DNA of 64,000 nucleotides from Pseudomonadota bacterium (GTDB taxonomy: Bacteria > Pseudomonadota > Gammaproteobacteria > Burkholderiales > DATLHW01), in the NCBI GenBank assembly GCA_040388195.1, contig JAZKCF010000042.1, positions 2,885-66,884 of the forward strand, in the 5' to 3' direction. Under the pieces are notes generated by a model. It did no database searches and was not told where the DNA came from. It worked only from the letters and a program-made list of their open reading frames with translations. Positions within the stretch are counted from its first letter, which is position 1. Each line of letters opens with the position of its first letter. Made by a program: the position numbers and the translations under genes. Below, in pieces: positions 48,269 to 57,363 of the stretch.

Positions 48269-49561
48269 TTAACTCACTTCTTTGTCGATCTTACCGGCCC
48301 AAAGGAAAGACTCCACCTGCATCTGTAATAGATTTTCAAGCGATAGGCCGGGCGCAGCGGCGAGCAACTCATCAACTTCGATTTCACTATCTACTTCTAA
48401 TTTTTCTGTCAGCCGCAATAATTGCCCAAGCTTTCCAGTACCGTGAAGCAATGCTTCTTTTACTTCGTCAGCGACTAAAATTTCGTCGAAAATTTCTTCT
48501 CTTGGCATTTCCAAGAGCGCATCGACCAACGATAAAATACCAGTCATAAATGCGGTATCCTGATATTCCCGGGAAGAATGCGGATCGATTTTAGCCAACG
48601 ACTCCATGAATTTTCCGCGGCTTGCAGCCATTTCTAACAACGGGTTCTTTGTTGTTCCGTTGTCACGAGCAGTATAGAGAAGTAACTGCATCCAAATTTG
48701 CAACTGGCGGCGACCGAGTAACACGATAGCATGTCGCAATGATGTTATTCGCTCCCGTAAACCAACGGCTGCCGAATTAACCATGCGGATCAAATTATAG
48801 GAAAGCGTGGGGTGGTATTTAAATTCCGAACTCAACATGCCGATATCTGCATCACTCAAAATCAAGGACAGCAATCGCAGCAAATGCGCTTTCGCAGGCG
48901 CTTTTTGTTGCTTTTTGGTGAGTAGTTGCGGCCGTGCGAAATGGTATCCTTGAAAGAGATCGAAGCCTAACTGGCATGCCTCATCGAACTGCTCTTTTGT
49001 TTCCACCTTTTCGGCTACCAGCCGCAATCCGCGACGGCGTAAACCAGCGACAGTTTCCGATAAAAGAACTGGATCAATTTCTAGCAAATCAACTTTAACA
49101 ATATCGACCTCACTTAGAAAAAGCTCTTGCTTATTCACTTCACCTGCGTAGTCATCGAGCGCAAAGCAATACCCCTTGCTTTTGAGTTCCCTTAAACGCT
49201 CAATGATCTCGGCGCTTGGCTCAACTGATTCTAGTATCTCTAAAACGACTTGCTGAGGAGGTAATGCTTCAACTAAATCCGATAACAAGAAATGAGTATC
49301 GACGTTAATATATCCTTGTGCATCACCAAGCACTGCTGTAAATCCCATACCGCTAAACGCATTTTGTACGACAGTGGTAGTTGCGCGCATGTGCTCTGTG
49401 ATATCGGCATAATCGGTTCCATATGAGCGAAACAATAACTCGTATGCAACTAATCTTTTTTGCTGATCCAAGATAGGTTGTCTCGCTAAAAAAATAACCT
49501 CCAAGCCTTCCTTGATCGGTGGCTGAAGAGATTGCGAGTTGAATTCGCCTTTAACGTCCAT
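48269..49561 (-). CDS. EAL + HDOD domain signalling protein (COG3434/YuxH type)
   Basis: The N-terminal EAL domain carries the ELL variant (VAYELLFRS), plus LEILES, ALDDYAG, VKVDL and FQGYHFARP. The C-terminal half is HDOD-like (LLSLILSDADIGMLSSEFKYHPTLSYNLIRMVNSA). Confidence 0.85.
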   Translation of the reverse strand: MDVKGEFNSQSLQPPIKEGLEVIFLARQPILDQQKRLVAYELLFRSYGTDYADITEHMRATTTVVQNAFSGMGFTAVLGDAQGYINVDTHFLLSDLVEALPPQQVVLEILESVEPSAEIIERLRELKSKGYCFALDDYAGEVNKQELFLSEVDIVKVDLLEIDPVLLSETVAGLRRRGLRLVAEKVETKEQFDEACQLGFDLFQGYHFARPQLLTKKQQKAPAKAHLLRLLSLILSDADIGMLSSEFKYHPTLSYNLIRMVNSAAVGLRERITSLRHAIVLLGRRQLQIWMQLLLYTARDNGTTKNPLLEMAASRGKFMESLAKIDPHSSREYQDTAFMTGILSLVDALLEMPREEIFDEILVADEVKEALLHGTGKLGQLLRLTEKLEVDSEIEVDELLAAAPGLSLENLLQMQVESFLWAGKIDKEVS

Positions 49562-49758
49562 TTTCGTTTACTTTACCTGGCCCATAGTCAACTTAATGTG
49601 TGCCCTAAGGTTTTGCGCGGACTATTAAGAGTGTAACAGCGATTAACCTAACTCCAACATTTGAACGTAATTCATTGTGCGCTTTTTAACTCACCTTGCT
49701 AATACAAAATCCATAGCAAGAGCGAAGCCGATTCCGAGAGAGAATAAAATATTTATGA

Positions 49759-49956
49759 ATATGCATCGATTGGAAGGTCAGCGATGATCTCAAAATCTGC
49801 TATCCACTTCCTTGGAATATTTATGACGCATTAGGGCAATTATTGCGATGTAAAGGTTATCTACTTACGCGAGATGCGCAGATCAGACATTGTTGTCGAG
49901 AAGCATTTTTGTTGGCAAGGAAGCGCTTAAGAGTACAGCATCGGTTAGCTCGCTAA
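49759..49956 (+). pseudogene. start-less 65-codon ORF resembling the N-terminal domain of c-di-GMP signalling proteins (possible frameshifted remnant)
   Basis: The ORF translates to ...KVSDDLKICYPLPWNIYDALGQLLRCKGYLLTRDAQI.... An ATG at 49755 lies in a different frame (MNMHRLEGQR*). A hairpin follows. The similarity to the EDIYTTHGMKLIAGGTQISD block of the HD-GYP protein in this window was judged by eye only. Confidence 0.3.
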
Positions 49957-49958
49957 AG

Positions 49959-49982
49959 CGGGAAAATTTAATCTTTTTCCCG
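49959..49982 (+). terminator. hairpin cgggaaaa-N8-ttttcccg followed by TTT
   Basis: 8-bp perfect stem read directly, located 3 nt after the stop of the 49759-49956 ORF. Confidence 0.45.
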
Positions 49983-50123
49983 TTTCGAGATCATCATGAA
50001 AATCGCGCTGGTAAAGGCTATCCAAAAAAATACAGCGTGTCACCGCCATAATTCCTCGGGGCAACATAATCATTCAACTAATTGCTTCAAAAATTTGAGG
50101 CTATGAATAAAAATGAAAGTGCG

Positions 50124-50471
50124 CTACATGCCGGGCGGACGAGCGCCAGCCGACCGGACAAAAGCTTGTATAGCTTGGGAATTACTGTCATCTAATTGTG
50201 CAAACTGCAATCCTATTCTGAAACCATCCGACGTTAATACACTATGAACAACTAATGCGGGAATGGACAGTTTTTGATACTTCCCCCGAATTAGCAATTC
50301 AAATTTCGCAATCACTTCAATACCATCCGGAAGCGCCTGCGGCGACATTACGCAAAGTCCACCGATACTCACGTCTTTACTTCTCGTATCCACCGAAACG
50401 GTTTCTTTTGTCGTCAACGTTACCCGCACATGCAATGCTGCGCGCGGAAATACTCTCCGTTCTGCTCCCAC
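50124..50471 (-). CDS. single-domain PilZ c-di-GMP receptor protein
   Basis: RxxxR (ERRVFPRA) and DxSxxG (KDVSIGG) motifs; 115 aa; GTG start. Confidence 0.8.
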   Translation of the reverse strand: MGAERRVFPRAALHVRVTLTTKETVSVDTRSKDVSIGGLCVMSPQALPDGIEVIAKFELLIRGKYQKLSIPALVVHSVLTSDGFRIGLQFAQLDDSNSQAIQAFVRSAGARPPGM

Positions 50472-50957
50472 GTGTTTTCCTTGAGTTCTTTACACACCAT
50501 AACGCATTCAACCCTTATCGGATAAACGCGTCGATTTTAGAGCGCCTATTGCGCGCATGCATGGGAACGTTAATCTTCTCTAAGACAAAAGAGATACCTA
50601 CCGACATCCGCATTGCATACAAAACGCTCCTACAATCCCTCATAACAAACAACTCTAACACCTGAAAATTACTAATTGAATAGTATCAGGATTTATTTGT
50701 TTGGGCGTAGAAGAAAACCAAAATCATTCTTCCTTCACACCGCACATAACTTTTTACCGCTTTTATCCGTCAGGGGCTTGCAGTGAGTTTGAAATTTATA
50801 GAGCGAATGTTGTCCCAAATTATGACTCGCATCTCTGAGTTCCAGTGATGGCTGATTTTCCGGGAACGAACGCCCGGCTCAAAAGAATTGTAATGGTAGG
50901 TGTCGCCTAGAGCGGATTTCGAAAACGATAGTTTGGAAAACAATTTATAAGTTAGGG

Positions 50958-51130
50958 GTTACGCAAAATCGCCACAGCAAGACACGACGGCGCAGGCAGC
51001 ACAAATTAGTACGACAAGGAGTGTGTAGTAAGGAATTCGAGCAGCACGCTGCTCGCCTGCATAACGATCTGCGCTTGCAAGCGCAGATGCGTCCTGCAAT
51101 GGAAACGCCGCTGGCATGGTTTTGCGTAAG
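50958..51130. repeat. TTACGCAAAA-ended palindromic element, long variant (R4, 173 bp)
   Basis: The ends are gttacgcaaaatcgcc...catggttttgcgtaag. It contains a perfect 20-nt palindrome, tctgcgcttgcaagcgcaga (51068-51087), and cgagcagc-ac-gctgctcg. It ends 2 nt from the flgL stop codon. Confidence 0.8.
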
Positions 51131-51132
51131 GC

Positions 51133-52350
51133 TTATAAGTAATCAAAAAGCGTTTTGCCGGCGATCCTAGTGAATGACTGTTGCGCAGCCTCCAAGGCCA
51201 CTTGTTTTTGACTGACATCGGTTATTGATGTGGCGTAATCGGTATCTTGAAGCTGAGAGAGTTGTGCTTTGTATTGCAACTGTGTGTCTGCCGAAGCCGA
51301 AATCAGTGACTCTACCTCCTGCTGCCGAGCGCCAACAGAAGTTCGAACGGTTAATGTTTTATCAATCGCTTGATCGATGTTTCGCAGAGAAGCGCTTACC
51401 CCGTTATTGAGTGCTGCGCGAGTAGCAGTGCCGGTAACTGATGTCTGTAGTTGGGTAATTAGGTTTTGCAATGTAGTAAAGACGCTTTGACTCGTGCTAG
51501 GAGCAACTGTAAATTGGTCGCCATTAGCTGGCGCCCCCTGAATCGTAAACTCCAAGCCATCAAAGCTGATGGTACTACCGCTTGTGTAAGCATTACCTAT
51601 CCCTGGAGCATTCACTGTTGCACCGGTTGTAGTATTGACGACGTTGTAAGTCGTAGCTCCACTTGAAGTACTAAAGATGACTTGATAGTTATCCCCGGTA
51701 AGACTACTTGGATCAGTCACTTGTCCGCCGTCAATAACGCCACCACCGGTATTGGTCGTTGCCCCACCCGTTGTGAATACGCCGTTACCGTCCCTCACCC
51801 GCAGGAAAATATCGGCGCCACTTTCGCTTGATGCCAACTGGCGCGAGCCGGTAACTTGAATCAAACGTTGTCCGTCATCTCCGTTATAAGTAATGCTGTT
51901 GCCCGTTCTTGAAAACGGCTGCGTATTTCCCTGAAAGCCGGAAAAGAGATAATTGCCATTACCGTCTGTGCTATTCGACAATCCCACCAAATCATCGAGC
52001 TTCCCTTGTAATTCAGTCGCCAGCGATACTCGATCCTGATTGCTCAATATGCCGTTTCCGGCATTGACTGCGATGACGCGGGCATCTTGCAGCAGCGATC
52101 CAACTTGCCCCAATACAGATTCGGTTTGGGCTAGCAGATCCTTGGCGGTTCCTTGATTGTCGGCAAAATGCTTTGTAATCGAAGCAGCTTCACCTATTTG
52201 CAAAATCTGCGCGGAGCCTGCAGGATCGTCAGCGGGAGAAACAATTCGATGACCAGTAGCAACTTGTTGCTGGCTTTGAAGTAAAGATTGTTGCTGCTGA
52301 GTAATCGCCGCAGCGCCCATTTCATACATGGTTCCAGTGCTAATGCGCAT
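51133..52350 (-). CDS. flgL: flagellar hook-associated protein 3 FlgL
   Basis: The N-terminus MRISTGTMYE...GHRIVSPADDPAGSA and the flagellin-like C-terminus fit FlgL. I chose the ATG at 52350 for its GGAG Shine-Dalgarno sequence 6 nt upstream. Confidence 0.92.
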   Translation of the reverse strand: MRISTGTMYEMGAAAITQQQQSLLQSQQQVATGHRIVSPADDPAGSAQILQIGEAASITKHFADNQGTAKDLLAQTESVLGQVGSLLQDARVIAVNAGNGILSNQDRVSLATELQGKLDDLVGLSNSTDGNGNYLFSGFQGNTQPFSRTGNSITYNGDDGQRLIQVTGSRQLASSESGADIFLRVRDGNGVFTTGGATTNTGGGVIDGGQVTDPSSLTGDNYQVIFSTSSGATTYNVVNTTTGATVNAPGIGNAYTSGSTISFDGLEFTIQGAPANGDQFTVAPSTSQSVFTTLQNLITQLQTSVTGTATRAALNNGVSASLRNIDQAIDKTLTVRTSVGARQQEVESLISASADTQLQYKAQLSQLQDTDYATSITDVSQKQVALEAAQQSFTRIAGKTLFDYL

Positions 52351-52372
52351 ACTCAACTCCTAATTTATCTGA

Positions 52373-52467
52373 CTTACGAAAAATCGCCCCGGCGGCGTTA
52401 CGGCTCCTTGCCGTACTAGTTTGTACTGTCTGCGTCGCCGCGCCTTGCTGAGACGATTTTGCGTAAG
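52373..52467. repeat. TTACGCAAAA-ended palindromic element, copy R2 (95 bp) in the flgK-flgL gap
   Basis: About 90% identical by eye to R1 (1425-1520), in the same orientation. The shared core is gttacggctccttgccgtactagttt(g)gtactgtctgcgtcgccgcgccttgctg. Confidence 0.85.
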
Positions 52468-52483
52468 TCCTATGTTGTTATGA

Positions 52484-54397
52484 TTACCTGAATAAATCGA
52501 GTACTGTGCTGAAGATAAGACCCGCCGTTGCTAGCGTCTTCGCTGAAGCTTGATAAGCCTGCTGAAAGCGCAACAAATTAGTAGCCTCTTCGTCCAAATT
52601 AACGCCAGACACCGACTCCTTACTTTGTTGCGCTTGCTTAAGGAGCTGGTCCTGCACTTTGCTCGTTACTTGTAGTTCGTGTGCTTTATTACCCACATCA
52701 CTCACTACTTGCCCGTAAGCATTTTGTAACGTAGCACCGCCAGTAATCAAACTTTGAGTTTGCAAGCTGCCTAGCAAGACTGCATTGCGACTGTCGGCTA
52801 CACCATTCGTATTCGGGCCAACGCTAAAGGTATCTCCATCTCCTGGAGCTCCCGAAAGGGTAAGACTCCAACCATTCTGCGTAATAGCTGTCCCAGCTGT
52901 ATATGAATTAGCAGTTGAAATTGGCGTACCGCTACCGATATCAATCAAATCATAGGTTGTCACACCAGCCAACACATGAAAACTGACCCTGACTGGCGAT
53001 TGCAAGCTGGGATTGGCCGGGGGTGGCGGGACAACGCTAAGAGATGAAACAGCTCCCGTTCCAGTGTTGCTCGAGCCAATGCTACCCCGCACTGGCGCAG
53101 CGGCTGCAATTTTTGCAGGATCACTAATAAGGACGGAGAAATCACGAGCACCGGTACGCGTAGGCTCGATTAAAAAATTATCGCCACTAGTAAGAGCTGA
53201 TGCTACCGAGAAAGTCAGCCCATCCAAAGTCTGCGGTAACGTGGTAAAGCTTTGTGCGGTGCTATCGGTTAAGCGCGTTATTGTGTAATTGGTGCCATCG
53301 TACTGGAGCCTGTAATCGCTGTTAGTAAGCTGCGCAGGCGAGTTAATAGCCACTGCAACATCTCCGCTCGAACTATTACTTGCATTCGGTATTACTTGAG
53401 GCACACCGGCGCCAAAAAATGCGACGCCCGCTTGGCCATTTTTATCTTGCCCCAGCTCATGCTGGTCATTAAATGCACCGGCTAGAGCAATAGCAATTCT
53501 GCCTAAGTTATTCTCCGTAGAGCTCAACGTGTTATCGCGAAAATCAAATAGCCCGGTTAATGTGCCGCCCTGCAACAAACTTGTAGGCAAGCGTACGCTA
53601 GCGCCTCCTGTCTGTATGGTGAGCTGCAAATTGCTAGGATCTTGCGTATCGGCCACGGCGCTGATCGTACCGGCATCCGTGCCTAGAACCAGCGCTTGCC
53701 CGCTTCCGACAAAGACATTAGCCGTACCATCCGACTGTTTGATCACAGTGGCGCCAATTTGCTTGTTTAAGTCGTTAAGAAGCTGATCTCGCTGATCGAA
53801 CAAATCATTAGGTACCTGCGCTGCGTTACCGCCGGAAACGAGCGCGATTCGTTGGTTAAGGTTAGCGATTTCCTGTGCATAGGCGTTGACCTGCCCGACA
53901 CTTTGCTGAACTTGCTGGTTTACACCGCTGCGTAATTGTTCGAGCTGGTCATTGATGGTGCTGAAACGTGTAGCTAGTGACTGCGCAGTTCCCAACAACA
54001 CTTGACGGGAAGGCGTGTCACCCGGATTCGTGGCAACACCCTGCACGCCGGTAAAAAAATCGTTAAGAACAGGAGAAAGACCAGAAGCCGGATCGGCCAA
54101 TAAGTTATCAATTCGAGTGATCTGCGCATAGTAAGTTTCTAACTGGCTACTGTTGGCTTGAGTTTGTTGGACTTGCTGCTGCAAGCTATCGGAATAAATG
54201 CGGCGCACTGTATTCACTTGCACGCCTTGGCCGATAAAACCGGAACCGGAAGCAGACGGCAAATTACTGCTTTGCACAACTTCCTGACGGCTATAACTGG
54301 GCGTGTTGACGTTGCTAATATTGTGGCTCGTCGTCGACAGACCCGTCTGCGCCGCGCTGAGACCGCTGATACCTATGCCAAGAAGACTGGAGCTCAT
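52484..54397 (-). CDS. flgK: flagellar hook-associated protein 1 FlgK
   Basis: The N-terminus LLGIGISGLSAAQTGLSTTSHNISNVNTPSYSRQ and the C-terminus GVNLDEEATNLLRFQQAYQASAK fit FlgK. Confidence 0.95.
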   Translation of the reverse strand: MSSSLLGIGISGLSAAQTGLSTTSHNISNVNTPSYSRQEVVQSSNLPSASGSGFIGQGVQVNTVRRIYSDSLQQQVQQTQANSSQLETYYAQITRIDNLLADPASGLSPVLNDFFTGVQGVATNPGDTPSRQVLLGTAQSLATRFSTINDQLEQLRSGVNQQVQQSVGQVNAYAQEIANLNQRIALVSGGNAAQVPNDLFDQRDQLLNDLNKQIGATVIKQSDGTANVFVGSGQALVLGTDAGTISAVADTQDPSNLQLTIQTGGASVRLPTSLLQGGTLTGLFDFRDNTLSSTENNLGRIAIALAGAFNDQHELGQDKNGQAGVAFFGAGVPQVIPNASNSSSGDVAVAINSPAQLTNSDYRLQYDGTNYTITRLTDSTAQSFTTLPQTLDGLTFSVASALTSGDNFLIEPTRTGARDFSVLISDPAKIAAAAPVRGSIGSSNTGTGAVSSLSVVPPPPANPSLQSPVRVSFHVLAGVTTYDLIDIGSGTPISTANSYTAGTAITQNGWSLTLSGAPGDGDTFSVGPNTNGVADSRNAVLLGSLQTQSLITGGATLQNAYGQVVSDVGNKAHELQVTSKVQDQLLKQAQQSKESVSGVNLDEEATNLLRFQQAYQASAKTLATAGLIFSTVLDLFR

Positions 54398-54420
54398 ATG
54401 TTTATTCTCCGATTAAGTCT

Positions 54421-54447
54421 CTATCGGCAGTTTTTTAAAAAACTTTA
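54421..54447 (-). promoter_or_regulatory. sigma-28 class III promoter of flgKL
   Basis: The reverse strand reads taaa gttttttaaaaaact gccgatag (TAAA-N15-GCCGATAg). The -10 element ends 24 nt upstream of the flgK ATG. Confidence 0.75.
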
Positions 54448-54558
54448 GAGTTTTTTATTGCACCTCTAAATAAAACCTGCACGTTTATTACCCCCAATAT
54501 ACTCTCCACCTTGCGAATCCACATTAGCATTCGACTAGTAAGAAAATTATGAACTACG

Positions 54559-55470
54559 TCACGCAATGTCTCTCAATGACTTAGTCATGATTTGCGCCAG
54601 TTTTTCGCCATAGCGAGGATCAGTTGCATATCCTGAACGACCCATTTCATGTGCAAAACTGGTCGCATCATTAGCCGCCCTCATTGCGTTTGCGTAACGC
54701 GGATTATTGGCGATCATCTTTGCGTAGTCTCCAAATGACTCTTCATAAGAAGCGTACGCACGGAATTTCTGTACCACTTTTTTAGGCACACCATTTACGA
54801 ATTCTGTAGTAACTGCATCTACAGTAGCCCCTTTCCAGTTTGCGCCGGCCTTAATACCGAAGAGATTAAAACTGGGCGTGCCATCCTTTCCTTTCACTTC
54901 ATGCCTTCCCCAGCCACTTTCCAATGCTGCCTGACCAAGAATGAATTTAGCTGGGATACCGCTAGTACGGCTGGCTGCTTCGGCAGCGCCGCGATAATTT
55001 TCCACAAAATTCTTTTTCAGTGTTTTAACATTTGATTGCTCGGAAGCGTGCGGTACCGCGTTGAGCGGAAGATCATGTCGTAACGGCTTTGCCGGACCAT
55101 TGGCTTTTTTCAATGGCAAAAATTCTTTTCCCGGCAACGCCTCATTCTTGTCTCCAGGCTGCGACGAGGACTGGCTACGTTCAATCTGCTTCACGATTGC
55201 ATCAGCTAATCCCAAACTCTTTCCGGAAGCGATATTTTTCGTTAACTGGGCATCGAATAAACCGGTTGCCATGCGCGATGCATCGCTTTCCAATGGGTCG
55301 TCGTGCGGCAAAGACTCCCGCATACCCTTCAACATCATATTCAGAAACATGGCTTCGAATTCGTGAGCGGCTTTGCGAGTACCCTCCGCACTGCCGCTAT
55401 GAGCCAAACGTTTGGTGTCGCTCAAACCTTTGAGATCAAGTGCGTTATCAACATTGTAAATAGTAGTCAT
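54559..55470 (-). CDS. flgJ: flagellar rod assembly protein / peptidoglycan hydrolase FlgJ
   Basis: N-terminal rod-binding block (AAHEFEAMFLNMMLKGMRES) and C-terminal glucosaminidase block (ILGQAALESGWG, NLFGIKA). Confidence 0.92.
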   Translation of the reverse strand: MTTIYNVDNALDLKGLSDTKRLAHSGSAEGTRKAAHEFEAMFLNMMLKGMRESLPHDDPLESDASRMATGLFDAQLTKNIASGKSLGLADAIVKQIERSQSSSQPGDKNEALPGKEFLPLKKANGPAKPLRHDLPLNAVPHASEQSNVKTLKKNFVENYRGAAEAASRTSGIPAKFILGQAALESGWGRHEVKGKDGTPSFNLFGIKAGANWKGATVDAVTTEFVNGVPKKVVQKFRAYASYEESFGDYAKMIANNPRYANAMRAANDATSFAHEMGRSGYATDPRYGEKLAQIMTKSLRDIA

Positions 55471-55473
55471 GAC

Positions 55474-56586
55474 TTAAATGATCTCCAATTCGGCACGCAA
55501 AGCACCAGCCGCCTTTAGCGCCTGCAAAATGGCAAGTAAATCTTGCGGTGTAGCTCCTATGGTATTAAGGGCTTTAATGACATCGGCCAGCTTCGCACTT
55601 GCCGGCAACATGACTAACTGCCCCTTATCGGAATTGATTTGAATTTGCGCATTGTTAACAACCTGCGTCTGGCCTTGGCTCAGAGGGCCGGGCTGGCTTA
55701 CCGTTTGTTCGTTACTAATCACGACAGATAAATTGCCGTGGGCGACAGCACTGGTTTCTAGTGTTACGGCTTGATTCATCACTACCGAACCAGTGCGAGC
55801 ATTGATAACCACCTTGGCGGCAGGTTTGACAACCGTCACCGGCAAATCCTCAAGCTGAGCGATAAATGCGACTCGTTCGTTATTGTCCATAGGCGCGCGA
55901 ACGCGAACCAAGCGGCCATCAACCGCTTCAGCGGCACCAAGCAAACTACCATTAATCGCTTCAGCTACCGCTCGCGCATTTCCAAAATTGGTTTCACTCA
56001 ATTCAAAATTAACGAACTCGCCCTGCCCTAATTCGCTCACCACTACTCGCTCTACTGTCGCGCCACTAGGAATTCGCCCCGTGTTCAATTGATTGACCTG
56101 TACCTTACTGCCACCGGACGCAGCGCCGGCGCCAGCAAGTAAAATATTGCCTTGAGACATTGCATAAATCTGACCGTCCGCACCTTTTAGCGGTGTGAGC
56201 AGCAGAGTACCGCCGCGAAGACTCTTAGCGTTACCAATGGAGGAAATCGTAACATCGAGCGTTTGACCGGCTTTAGCGAAAGCAGGCAAGGTAGCGGTCA
56301 CCATAACTGCTGCAACATTTTTCAGTTGTAAGGTGGTTCCTGCCGGTAGATTCACACCCATTTGCGAAAGCATGGATTGAATACTCTGCACCGTGAAAGG
56401 TGTTTGCGTGGTCTGATCGCCACTACCGTCCAAACCAACTACGATTCCATAACCAACCAGAGGATTTGAACGTACGCCCTGAATGGTTGCCATATCTTTG
56501 ATACGTTCAGCTTTGGCTGAAAAACAGAAAACACAAAACAAAAGCAAAAGTCCACGAAAGACACAAAAAGCACGAAAAGGCTTCAT
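55474..56586 (-). CDS. flgI: flagellar P-ring protein FlgI
   Basis: Signal peptide from the internal Met (MKPFRAFCVF...SAKA), followed by RIKDMATIQGVRSNPLVGYGIVVGLDGSGD. Confidence 0.95.
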   Translation of the reverse strand: MKPFRAFCVFRGLLLLFCVFCFSAKAERIKDMATIQGVRSNPLVGYGIVVGLDGSGDQTTQTPFTVQSIQSMLSQMGVNLPAGTTLQLKNVAAVMVTATLPAFAKAGQTLDVTISSIGNAKSLRGGTLLLTPLKGADGQIYAMSQGNILLAGAGAASGGSKVQVNQLNTGRIPSGATVERVVVSELGQGEFVNFELSETNFGNARAVAEAINGSLLGAAEAVDGRLVRVRAPMDNNERVAFIAQLEDLPVTVVKPAAKVVINARTGSVVMNQAVTLETSAVAHGNLSVVISNEQTVSQPGPLSQGQTQVVNNAQIQINSDKGQLVMLPASAKLADVIKALNTIGATPQDLLAILQALKAAGALRAELEII

Positions 56587-56687
56587 AACAAAATCCTTTT
56601 TGCTCTGCAAAAAATCTCGTTGTCCATCTTTTTTTCGTGTCTTTCGTTGACCATGTTTTTCCGCACCCTGAAGGTATGTAAAATCCG

Positions 56688-57347
56688 CTAGAACGGCAAG
56701 ACTGAGAGGAAGAATCTAGCCAGGAACCCCATAGTCTGTGCTTCGTCGACATAGCCTGTTCCCCGATATTCGATACGCGCATCGGCCACTTGCGTGGAAA
56801 CAACGGTATTGCCATTTACGATGGTTGTTGGGTTGACGATCCCTGAGAAACGAATGAATTCGGAGCCTTGATTAATACCGATTTGCTTCTCACCGCTAAC
56901 AAGCATATTACCGTTCGGTAAAACCTCGACTACCGTCACCGTAATAATGCCGGTGAATAGATTACTGCTCGAGCTATCTCCTTTACCTGCGAATTTATTA
57001 GAAGATGTGGCAGCCAACTCGGCATTCTGAAAAGATTTACCGGGTATCCCAAATATCGTTGGCACGGCCAAAGCAGAATCTTGTGATTTCTCGGCTTTAC
57101 TGCTGGATTGTTTGGTGGCATTTATTTTTTCATTCAACGTAATCGTCAGGATGTCTCCCACTTTACGTGCGCGAAGATCTTCAAACAGCGGCGCATAGCT
57201 ATTTGCCTGAAAAATGGCGCCGTTATTAGAAGCCGCGGGTGGAGCAACAACCGGTCGAGCAGTCATTGGCTGATGCACTTCTACGGTACGCATTGCACCG
57301 CATCCCGCTAAAAACAATATACCGAGGAACATGAATGCCGTTTTCAT
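56688..57347 (-). CDS. flgH: flagellar L-ring lipoprotein FlgH
   Basis: Lipobox [17 protein letters not shown] from the internal Met, plus the [16 protein letters not shown] and [10 protein letters not shown] blocks. Confidence 0.95.
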   Translation of the reverse strand: MKTAFMFLGILFLAGCGAMRTVEVHQPMTARPVVAPPAASNNGAIFQANSYAPLFEDLRARKVGDILTITLNEKINATKQSSSKAEKSQDSALAVPTIFGIPGKSFQNAELAATSSNKFAGKGDSSSSNLFTGIITVTVVEVLPNGNMLVSGEKQIGINQGSEFIRFSGIVNPTTIVNGNTVVSTQVADARIEYRGTGYVDEAQTMGFLARFFLSVLPF

Positions 57348-57363
57348 TATTGCAAGCCCGCTA

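Noticed and set aside
50515-50539. TCCGATAA with TAAA upstream of the small PilZ gene (minus strand) as a sigma-28 promoter
   Set aside because: The spacer is 13 nt rather than 15, and the first base of the -10 element deviates (T for G).
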